IMG/VR virus record: IMGVR_UViG_3300009104_000012
Coordinates: 9,884 to 73,883 of that record
Reading direction: 5' to 3' (one strand)
Length of the DNA: 64,000 bases
Origin: a virus
Positions 49,294 to 56,359 of this stretch are shown here, one piece after another (position 1 is the first letter of the stretch; each line of letters opens with the position of its first letter). Position numbers and translations under genes: made by a program. Below the pieces are notes generated by a model. That model searched no databases. It was given only the letters and a program-made list of their open reading frames with translations, and was not told the origin of the DNA.

Positions 49294-50687
49294 TCCTCGT
49301 CCTTCAAACTATACTTTGTTGTTATTATATACTTACGGTTAGGATTAACCATTACATTAAATCTATTCATTGTTTCTCTATCAAATAATATTTTAGATTT
49401 TTCTTCTCTATCATCTAAAGTAAATTCAACATCTTTATATAATCCACCTGCAAATTCTACATCAAGTTCGATTACATATCTATCTTCTTTATAATCTCTT
49501 AAACCACCTACATTAATTGTTTCTTTTCTTATTATATCGTTTGTAATTGATTTGCCTTCTAGTGTCCAAGTAATTTTCTTACCACTAACTTTCATTTTCT
49601 CAGCGTGTATAACGGAGTTACCTGAATTACCTGTATCAAATTTTCCAACAATTCGTCCAAATGGGTGTATATGTACCACTTCTTTATACCCACACTCAGC
49701 AGGTACTCTTTTCCAATTTTCTCTATCTTCAAAGTGTTGTACTATTTCTTTACTTAAATTTCTTCCTGTTGCCTCTTCAATACCTTGCGTACCAGCAGAA
49801 GAGTTAACTTCAATAATATATGGTGGTTCTTTTTCTCTATTCTTAGCAGGTATAAAATCTACTGCAACAAATAATCCATCTACTGCTTTTGCAGCCTTTA
49901 AACTTTCTTCAACTTCCACTTCCGTTAATTCTAATTTTGAAACTCCTGCACCTTGAGATACATTACTTCTAAAATCTCCTGGTATAACTTCTCTTTTCAT
50001 TGAAGCTAATACTTGACCATTTAATACCAAAACTCTAGCGTCCCAATCCGTTTTAACATATTGTTGTAATAAAATATCAGAGTCTTCATCTTGTTTATTA
50101 AGTAATTGTACAATCGAATCTAATGCTCTTTCTGATTCAATAAACAATACACCAACACCTTTTGAACCTCTTAATGTTTTTAAAATAACAGGAAACTTTT
50201 CCTCTAATTGTTCAAATGCTTCCATTGAATTTTCTGGATCGGTAACCAATACTGATTTAGGTTGTTTAATACCATAATCAGATAATCTTAAAGAAGTTCT
50301 ATATTTGTCAGCACATATACTTATAGCCTGTCTGCTATTAACAACACAAACCATATGCTTTTCTAATCTTGAAACCAAGTCCATCCAACTATCTCTACGA
50401 ACAACTGAACCTCGTACAATTGCTACCGTATCTTTAGATGAAACTCTAAAACCTTTTTTATCTTCTTTGTTATGGAAATATAACTCTTCATCTTCTTCTT
50501 TGGTTACATAACCACCAGTATTTCTAAAGATGTATGCTTTATGTCCTAACTTAAGCGCCTCTTTCATAAGGTTTTTTGCCGTATGAAAATTTAAATCATC
50601 TTCAGGTTCATCTGAAATAATGATTAATCTAAAAGGTTTTCTTACTTTAGCTTCTGTTATGTATTCTTTGAATTTTGGTACTTGCAT
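49290..50687 (-). CDS. RimK-like ATP-grasp ligase fused to retropepsin-like protease
   Basis: DKYRT, PVILK..GSKGVGV, DFRSNVSQG, AVDF, IEVNSSAG; C-terminal KFDTGN. Confidence 0.85.
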   Translation of the reverse strand: MQVPKFKEYITEAKVRKPFRLIIISDEPEDDLNFHTAKNLMKEALKLGHKAYIFRNTGGYVTKEEDEELYFHNKEDKKGFRVSSKDTVAIVRGSVVRRDSWMDLVSRLEKHMVCVVNSRQAISICADKYRTSLRLSDYGIKQPKSVLVTDPENSMEAFEQLEEKFPVILKTLRGSKGVGVLFIESERALDSIVQLLNKQDEDSDILLQQYVKTDWDARVLVLNGQVLASMKREVIPGDFRSNVSQGAGVSKLELTEVEVEESLKAAKAVDGLFVAVDFIPAKNREKEPPYIIEVNSSAGTQGIEEATGRNLSKEIVQHFEDRENWKRVPAECGYKEVVHIHPFGRIVGKFDTGNSGNSVIHAEKMKVSGKKITWTLEGKSITNDIIRKETINVGGLRDYKEDRYVIELDVEFAGGLYKDVEFTLDDREEKSKILFDRETMNRFNVMVNPNRKYIITTKYSLKDED

Positions 50688-51127
50688 TACTCATCTTCTT
50701 TTTTAACTTCCTCGGTGACATTTTTCTTACCGATATTATATTTAGTTGCTAATGTCCACTCTTTTTTTTCTTTAAATGGTAAAACTTTAATTTGACTTAA
50801 CGGTGCTTTATTCTCCGCCTTTGTCTTATCATTAATTTCAATCAAACTCCAGTCCTGTAATAGAACAGCAATGGTATTTCTACGCTGTATATCGTTTTCT
50901 GTTAGTGTTGATTTTTTACCGTCTAAAGCAAATAGTTCTTTGAAATGCGTAATGTAATATTTACCTTGCTTGTGTAATATATGGCAAGATTGAAATAACG
51001 TTTTGTCTTTTCTGGAAGCGACACCGATTCGTGTCAAGGTTTCTCTAACTTTTAAAAAATCGTCAGGTTGTTTTATTGATACTTCCAGCATATCACTAAC
51101 CGACCACTTTATAATCTCTTCATTCAT
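50687..51127 (-). CDS. regA: Translational repressor RegA
   Basis: PDDFLKVRETLTRIG, QSCHILHKQG, HFKELFALDGK. Confidence 0.96.
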   Translation of the reverse strand: MNEEIIKWSVSDMLEVSIKQPDDFLKVRETLTRIGVASRKDKTLFQSCHILHKQGKYYITHFKELFALDGKKSTLTENDIQRRNTIAVLLQDWSLIEINDKTKAENKAPLSQIKVLPFKEKKEWTLATKYNIGKKNVTEEVKKEDE

Positions 51128-51519
51128 TTTCTTTTTCTCCCACCTTTTTCAAGGTTCAATTTAATATTTTCAAGTTGGTCATTTGTTAGTATGCTTAAAG
51201 CCTCTTTTGCTTTTGAATTACTATAATCATAATACTCTTTTACTAATTCAAGGTCTTTGACTTTCTTTTGTGTAAGCCATCTACCACCAAATCGCCTTCT
51301 CTCTCTTATACTATTTATAAAATAGTCAAATTGCATTTTCTTTGGGAGAAAATGGTAACCGTTCATTTCATTGGAATGCATTATGGTATCATAAAAAGAA
51401 GATAGACACCTGTTAATAATAAATGATGGATATTTCTTTTCCCAAGTAAGGTCATCTGAATCCATTAACCGTTTCTTGGTTATATTAATTGCATTTAAAT
51501 AATCTTTTAGTTCGTACAT
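51124..51519 (-). CDS. Clamp loader small subunit (gp62)
   Basis: YPSFIINRCLS, NEMN, QFDY, VKEYYDYS..KA. Confidence 0.92.
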   Translation of the reverse strand: MYELKDYLNAINITKKRLMDSDDLTWEKKYPSFIINRCLSSFYDTIMHSNEMNGYHFLPKKMQFDYFINSIRERRRFGGRWLTQKKVKDLELVKEYYDYSNSKAKEALSILTNDQLENIKLNLEKGGRKRK

Positions 51520-52085
51520 ATCTTCTTAATAAAAATTAACTTCTTATTCTCACCTGTTGGTTTAACATACAAAGATTTCAACTCTTCTTTACTATGCCAT
51601 TTCATAGATACTGCTTTATGTTTAGGTAGACCTGCAGTTTCGCCAATCATTTTCCAATTATCTGCCTTATAGACAGCACCATTATTACCACCTGCAACAA
51701 AGGTAATTAGGTATTTTAATTCATTCCCATACTTTTCCCGCCAATATGGAATCGCTTGTCTCCTTAATTCTTTTAATACTCTGGTTCCAACATTTTTAAT
51801 CTTTTTCCTCATACAGAACCTCCAATTATTCGCAAAACTATTGAAGTTTTCCTTATATGTTTTGATATCCATACCAACATATTTAAGAATATCCTTTGGT
51901 GGTGGATAGACGGAGGAACCAATTCCTATCATACCAACTGGTTTATCTTGATAAAACACAACCCAATCCACTCTCCGACCAACGGAGGCTGTTGTTGGTA
52001 CGTAACTATGATACTTTGATATAGTCTCTTTAATGTACTCTTTGGATTGATTGTCATTTGCTATTCTTAGCTCGATTGTTTCCAT
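51507..52085 (-). CDS. Short DUF4338/Mom-related GNAT protein
   Basis: KYHSY...GRR...GMIGIGS, NNWRFC, W.EKYG..L..LITFV, GAVYKADNW..IGETAG. Confidence 0.75.
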   Translation of the reverse strand: METIELRIANDNQSKEYIKETISKYHSYVPTTASVGRRVDWVVFYQDKPVGMIGIGSSVYPPPKDILKYVGMDIKTYKENFNSFANNWRFCMRKKIKNVGTRVLKELRRQAIPYWREKYGNELKYLITFVAGGNNGAVYKADNWKMIGETAGLPKHKAVSMKWHSKEELKSLYVKPTGENKKLIFIKKICTN

Positions 52086-52681
52086 TCTTTATTATGTCCA
52101 CTTACTCCAAAATGCATTGTATTAAAACTAATTACATACCTTTCATCTGTAGTATTTGTTTTTGTGCCGTGTTCTAACCAACTTGGAAATAGATATAAAT
52201 GTCCTTCTTTTGCTGGTAGTATTGCTTCCATAGCATTGTATCCTGTAACCTCACTATAGAGTTCACACATCTTATAAGGTTGCAAAGGATTTTTAAAAGT
52301 TAAACCTACTGAACCTTCAGGACATTTTGGATAATAAGCACCACTAATAAGACTTGCTTGGTGTCTATGCATTTTTAAACTTGTATCTTTTTCCATAATA
52401 CTAAACCAACTATTAATCATTTCAAATTCTCTTAACCCTAATAACTTTCCGTATTCTTTTAAACGCTGTTCAAATTCTCTCCTCAATTCGGCGAATTCTG
52501 GTTTATCTAATATACTATCATATGGATTATATGTACTCTTACCACCACCTTCTAATAAAGGGTGATCTTTCATTGATGGTTTATATGCTTCTAATTTCTC
52601 CGTAATATGGTCATTAGGTGAGCATAAAATCCTAAATTCCATTACTGCTAATGGAAATATATTATGTATTTCTATTGTCAT
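52067..52681 (-). CDS. 2OG-Fe(II) oxygenase-like protein (TIGR02466-like)
   Basis: HRH...ISGAYY...LFPSWLEH...RYVISFN. Confidence 0.8.
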   Translation of the reverse strand: MTIEIHNIFPLAVMEFRILCSPNDHITEKLEAYKPSMKDHPLLEGGGKSTYNPYDSILDKPEFAELRREFEQRLKEYGKLLGLREFEMINSWFSIMEKDTSLKMHRHQASLISGAYYPKCPEGSVGLTFKNPLQPYKMCELYSEVTGYNAMEAILPAKEGHLYLFPSWLEHGTKTNTTDERYVISFNTMHFGVSGHNKEWKQSS

Positions 52682-52778
52682 TAATTAAATGCTCCAAAAA
52701 AATTAGGATTATTAAAAGTCATATACACTACAAATATTATATACATTAATAAAAATACATACAACATTAACATATATT

Positions 52779-53723
52779 TCATTTGAATTTACAATTTGCC
52801 ATTATTTCAGTTAGACAAGCAACCATATTAATTTCTTGGTCTGCAACAAAAGCTGCCTTGTATTGGTAACCTGCAATAATTAAAACTGCCTGTGGTATTG
52901 ATTTTGGTTCCAGATACTTATAAAGAACATCATATAATCCTGTAAATAATGTTGATGGATCTTTATCTAAATTCTGAACAACCCATTTACGCATATCATT
53001 AAATTTTTTATCTTTAAGCATAGCAATTAATTCTTTATTGTTTGCTTCAGATAAACTGAATAATATACCACTATCTATCTTACCTCTAACAGAATACCGT
53101 TGAAGTTCATTAATAGTTCTTCTAAAATCTGGATAAAATTTTTGTACTAGTTCAGCAAGTACCTTCTTATCATAACCAATCTTCTCTTCTTCTAATAGTT
53201 TAATTAATCGAAGCATAAACGCTGTAGCCGTTTTGACTTTTTGACCATTAGCGATCTTAAAATCAATCACGGTACATCTACTATGGAGTGCTGGTATGAT
53301 TTTGTTTTTGTAATTGCAAGTAAATATAAATCTACAATTATTATAAAATGTTTCTATAAAATTTCTTAAAGCAGGCTGAACACTATCAGCATTCATATAA
53401 TCTGCTTCATCTACAATTACAACTTTATGATTAGAGTCTTCCGTTAGGGATACGGTTGACGCAAAATTCTTAATCTTATTTCTTAAAGTATCTATGTGTC
53501 TACCTTCATCTGAACCATTAATAATAATGTAATCAGCGCCTAGTTCTTCACATAAAGCACGAGCTACGGTAGTCTTACCTGTACCTGCTGTACCTGATAA
53601 TAAAAGATTTGGGATTTCTTTTTGTTTTAGAAAATTTAAAAAAGTTTCTTTTAAATCTGCTGTGAGAATACAATCACGTATTGCTCTTGGTCGGTATTTT
53701 TCAACCCATAAGTAATCGGACAT
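52779..53723 (-). CDS. Clamp loader large subunit (gp44)
   Basis: LWVEKYRP, GTAGTGKTT, DEAD, SRC, PDFRR. Confidence 0.96.
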   Translation of the reverse strand: MSDYLWVEKYRPRAIRDCILTADLKETFLNFLKQKEIPNLLLSGTAGTGKTTVARALCEELGADYIIINGSDEGRHIDTLRNKIKNFASTVSLTEDSNHKVVIVDEADYMNADSVQPALRNFIETFYNNCRFIFTCNYKNKIIPALHSRCTVIDFKIANGQKVKTATAFMLRLIKLLEEEKIGYDKKVLAELVQKFYPDFRRTINELQRYSVRGKIDSGILFSLSEANNKELIAMLKDKKFNDMRKWVVQNLDKDPSTLFTGLYDVLYKYLEPKSIPQAVLIIAGYQYKAAFVADQEINMVACLTEIMANCKFK

Positions 53724-53734
53724 TTAGAACCTCC

Positions 53735-54400
53735 TTAAAATTCGGAATCTGGTTCTAATGCTATCCAATATTGTATAGGTCTATTGCGATTAACAAAATG
53801 ACTTATCTTCTGTTTAGAAATTGCAACATCATAATCATCAGGAAACATTTTAAAGTTTTCTGCTTTAAAGTAAGCAGTAAATGATTTAGTTGTTTCTCCT
53901 AGATTTACAGCATAAGTGTTTGATGACTTATTCTTTTTATCTGTTGCGACTATACTAATTTTCTTACCATCACCTTTAACTGCAATGTCTGGTAGATTTA
54001 ATGTAGTATAACCTTTTCTAACTTTTTCAAAGTCAGCTTTTGTAAGTTTAAATGCTACTTCTTTATCTGGCATATTAATAGTTTTGCTTGGCGCCACTAT
54101 TACTGATTTGTCAGCAAAGAAATATTTAACTTGTTGTCTGGATTTACCATCGCCAATAGCAACATTTGAACCTGAATTAAATTTTAAATCTGGACTTTCA
54201 AATAACTCAACTGCTCTTAAAAATTCAGGTAAGTCATATATTGCAAATTCAGAATCAAACGATTCAGATATATCAGCTTCTGCCAATATATTTTTCATTG
54301 TTGAAATTGTAGATAGTTTCTTTCCAGGTTTTACTAAAATGTTCTGGTTTATTTCAGAAAAGTTTTTTAGTATCGAAAGTGTATCTGTTGTTAGGTTCAT
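53735..54400 (-). CDS. Sliding clamp (gp45)
   Basis: LKNFSEINQNI, FAIYDL..FL, YWIALE. Confidence 0.94.
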   Translation of the reverse strand: MNLTTDTLSILKNFSEINQNILVKPGKKLSTISTMKNILAEADISESFDSEFAIYDLPEFLRAVELFESPDLKFNSGSNVAIGDGKSRQQVKYFFADKSVIVAPSKTINMPDKEVAFKLTKADFEKVRKGYTTLNLPDIAVKGDGKKISIVATDKKNKSSNTYAVNLGETTKSFTAYFKAENFKMFPDDYDVAISKQKISHFVNRNRPIQYWIALEPDSEF

Positions 54401-54435
54401 TTCAATTTCTCCATAATAATTAATAATATAAGGAC

Positions 54436-54464
54436 ATTATATATCAGAAAGCATATAATGTCAA
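54436..54464 (-). promoter_or_regulatory. Consensus sigma70 promoter for gp45
   Basis: TTGACA-N17-TATAAT. Confidence 0.85.
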
Positions 54465-54470
54465 TACTGG

Positions 54471-54980
54471 TTAGTGTAGTTTATGTTTTAAAGTTTCAAG
54501 TATTTTATCTGGTAGAGTTTCAACATATGGGTCTCCGTCTATACCTTGGTCATTAATACCAGGCTCTTCGAACCATTGCTCAACCACTCCATCATTTACA
54601 ACCATTGCATAACGCCAAGAACGCATACCAAACCCTAGGTGTGTTTTGTTTATTAACATACCCATACGTCTAGTAAACCAACCAGAACCATCTGGTATCA
54701 TCTTAACATTATTAATTTGTTGGTCTTCAGCCCAAGCATTCATCACAAACGAATCGTTTACTGATATACAATAAACATCATTACAACCTTTAGTGATAAA
54801 CTCGTCATAGAGTCTTTCAAATTCAGGTAGTTGTTTTGTTGAACAAGTTGGAGTAAAAGCACCAGGCAATGAGAACACTACTACTTTTTTACCATCAAAG
54901 TAATCTTCTGTAGTAACGTTTTTCCACTTACCTAATTCTCTAACTTTAAATACCACACTTGGTAGTTTTTTTCCAATCAT
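54471..54980 (-). CDS. Peroxiredoxin (Prx5 type)
   Basis: SLPGAFTPTCS, SVNDSFVM.AW, RSWRYAM. Confidence 0.93.
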   Translation of the reverse strand: MIGKKLPSVVFKVRELGKWKNVTTEDYFDGKKVVVFSLPGAFTPTCSTKQLPEFERLYDEFITKGCNDVYCISVNDSFVMNAWAEDQQINNVKMIPDGSGWFTRRMGMLINKTHLGFGMRSWRYAMVVNDGVVEQWFEEPGINDQGIDGDPYVETLPDKILETLKHKLH

Positions 54981-54993
54981 AATTTCCTCTTTT

Positions 54994-55067
54994 TGGAGCG
55001 GACACTTGGTACTGCCCCAAGGTCTCGAAGTTGGTAACCTCGCATAATTCTTTTATACTATGTCCGC
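54994..55067 (-). tRNA. Atypical tRNA-Gly, anticodon ACC, encoded CCA
   Basis: GCGGACA TA GTAT AAAAGA ATTAT G CGAGG TTACCAA CTTCG AGAC CTTGG GGCAGTA CCAAG TGTCCGC T CCA: 7-bp acceptor, 5-bp anticodon and T stems, U73. Confidence 0.9.
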
Positions 55068-55074
55068 AATTATT

Positions 55075-55103
55075 ATAATAACATTTCCTACCAATATTGT
55101 CAA
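55075..55103 (-). promoter_or_regulatory. sigma70 promoter directly upstream of the tRNA
   Basis: TTGACA-N17-TATTAT with TG extension; -10 box ends 7 nt before tRNA G1. Confidence 0.75.
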
Positions 55104-55108
55104 GTCTC

Positions 55109-55154
55109 CTAGGGAGCAGTAGGGTCCACGCTAGCTTCCCCTACCACTCACTAG
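55109..55154 (-). ncRNA. Candidate small hairpin RNA
   Basis: GAGTGGTAGGG/CCCTACTGCTC stem with 14-nt loop GAAGCTAGCGTGGA; own promoter; GC-rich; no ORF. Confidence 0.5.
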
Positions 55155-55156
55155 CC

Positions 55157-55185
55157 ATTATAACGTAAAAAAGGCGGAGAGTCAA
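55157..55185 (-). promoter_or_regulatory. sigma70 promoter embedded in the hsp20 terminator
   Basis: TTGACT-N17-TATAAT. Confidence 0.75.
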
Positions 55186-55196
55186 GTCTCCGCCTT
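55167..55196 (-). terminator. Intrinsic terminator after hsp20
   Basis: AAGGCGGAGA-CTTGAC-TCTCCGCCTT-TTTT. Confidence 0.85.
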
Positions 55197-55215
55197 AATT
55201 TTAATATAGGGTTAA

Positions 55216-55680
55216 TTACTTAACGTCTATAGTTTTAAGTTTCATTTCTTCTGGAATTATCTTTTCCATAGAAACTTTTAAAAGACCATCTTTCAGCTCT
55301 GCACCTTTGACTTTTACATCATTAGCGATTGTGAAAGCTCTTTTAAAGTATCTTTTTGAAATACCTTTATGTACCATCTTCTCGTCTTTTTTAGCGTCAG
55401 CACCAACTGAATCGTTGACTACAGACTTAACTTTAGACTCGATAGTTAACATACCGTTTTCTACCAATACATTAATGTCTTTCTTATTGAAGCCAGCTAA
55501 TGCTACTTCAATATCGTAAGTGTTCTTACCAGACTTAACTATATTGTATGGTGGATAAGACGGTTGTATATCGTTGATAAAATCGTCATCAAACATTGAC
55601 CCAAAATGGTCAAACACGTCATCAAATCCTACGGATAATGGTCTTAATTTATTAAAAATTGATAATGCTCTATTGGTCAT
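55216..55680 (-). CDS. Small heat-shock protein Hsp20 (IbpA-like)
   Basis: VGFD, SYPPYNI, IEVALAGF, HKGISKR, GAELKDGLL; real start MTNRAL after AGGAGG. Confidence 0.93.
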   Translation of the reverse strand: MTNRALSIFNKLRPLSVGFDDVFDHFGSMFDDDFINDIQPSYPPYNIVKSGKNTYDIEVALAGFNKKDINVLVENGMLTIESKVKSVVNDSVGADAKKDEKMVHKGISKRYFKRAFTIANDVKVKGAELKDGLLKVSMEKIIPEEMKLKTIDVK

Positions 55681-55684
55681 AATT

Positions 55685-55708
55685 AACCTCCTTTTATTAA
55701 GCAAAGTT
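55685..55708 (-). promoter_or_regulatory. ROSE-like RNA thermometer
   Basis: AACUUUGCUU-AAUAA-AAGGAGGUU: UUGCU pairs over the SD with a bulged G. Confidence 0.7.
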
Positions 55709-55787
55709 ATCGTTTCCGAGAGCCCACAATGGCACTCTCTAAATGGTATATAATCATTATTTATAAGATTACAAGCCATTATAATCA

Positions 55788-55807
55788 GGGGGTGCCTTAG
55801 CACCCCC
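55788..55807. repeat. GC-rich hairpin repeat copy 1
   Basis: GGGGGTGC-CTTA-GCACCCCC; 19/20 identical to 56316-56335. Confidence 0.8.
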
Positions 55808-55928
55808 CTAGCGACGCCGACTTTATTATTCTTTGATAATGGGTGTCGGTCGGTACCCCTTTCTACGCTGTTAAGGTCTTATGAATTGCCTTAACTATAA
55901 TATATATACATCAAACAAGGCGTAGAAA
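55808..55928 (-). ncRNA. Candidate structured RNA between rpsU and hsp20
   Basis: Several stems: TTTCTACGC/GCGTAGAAA, GTTAAGG/CCTTAAC, CGACCGAC/GTCGGCGTCG, ATTAT/ATAAT; no ORF. Confidence 0.45.
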
Positions 55929-55930
55929 AA

Positions 55931-56137
55931 CTATAAATCTCTTAATTCTTTAAGCTTTTGCTTCTTCTTCCAATTACGAATCATTTCCTTCTTTTTTCTT
56001 TGTTTTTTTGTGGAAGGCTTTTCATAATATTGACGCATACGTAACTCTTTAAAAAGACCATCTTTTTGGAGTTTCTTTTTTAAAACTCTCATAGCCTTTT
56101 CAACGTTACCGCCTCTTACTTCTACCGTTATTGTCAT
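55931..56137 (-). CDS. rpsU: 30S ribosomal protein bS21
   Basis: VEVRGGNVEKAMRVLKKKLQKDG..KELR.RQYYEKPS. Confidence 0.93.
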   Translation of the reverse strand: MTITVEVRGGNVEKAMRVLKKKLQKDGLFKELRMRQYYEKPSTKKQRKKKEMIRNWKKKQKLKELRDL

Positions 56138-56292
56138 AATATTTTTATTAAAATTACTACTTGAAGACCTAATACAACTATTGGTACAATGGTTCTAATT
56201 AGTTCCATTATATGGTTGTATTCATCTAATTTTTTTTCTAAAGCTAATCTCTTATTATTTCTCTTCATATATTCTGTATAAAAATCACTCAT
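56134..56292 (-). CDS. Small membrane protein
   Basis: Start moved to MSDFY after AAGGA; C-terminal TM. Confidence 0.55.
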   Translation of the reverse strand: MSDFYTEYMKRNNKRLALEKKLDEYNHIMELIRTIVPIVVLGLQVVILIKIL

Positions 56293-56315
56293 TATTTCCT
56301 TCTGGTAGTTTAATC

Positions 56316-56335
56316 GGGGGTGCCTAAGCACCCCC
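56316..56335. repeat. GC-rich hairpin repeat copy 2
   Basis: GGGGGTGC-CTAA-GCACCCCC. Confidence 0.8.
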
Positions 56336-56359
56336 TTTGGACTACACTATGAATAAGTT

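Noticed and set aside
54994-55067. tmRNA acceptor piece (T-loop GGCAGUA resembles alphaproteobacterial tmRNA)
   Set aside because: Lacks the Ala identity G3-U70 and A73; has a full anticodon arm and Gly identity elements; no tag reading frame seen
55681-55803. N-terminal extension of Hsp20 in the ORF track
   Set aside because: Strong SD, ROSE element and promoter place the start at 55680
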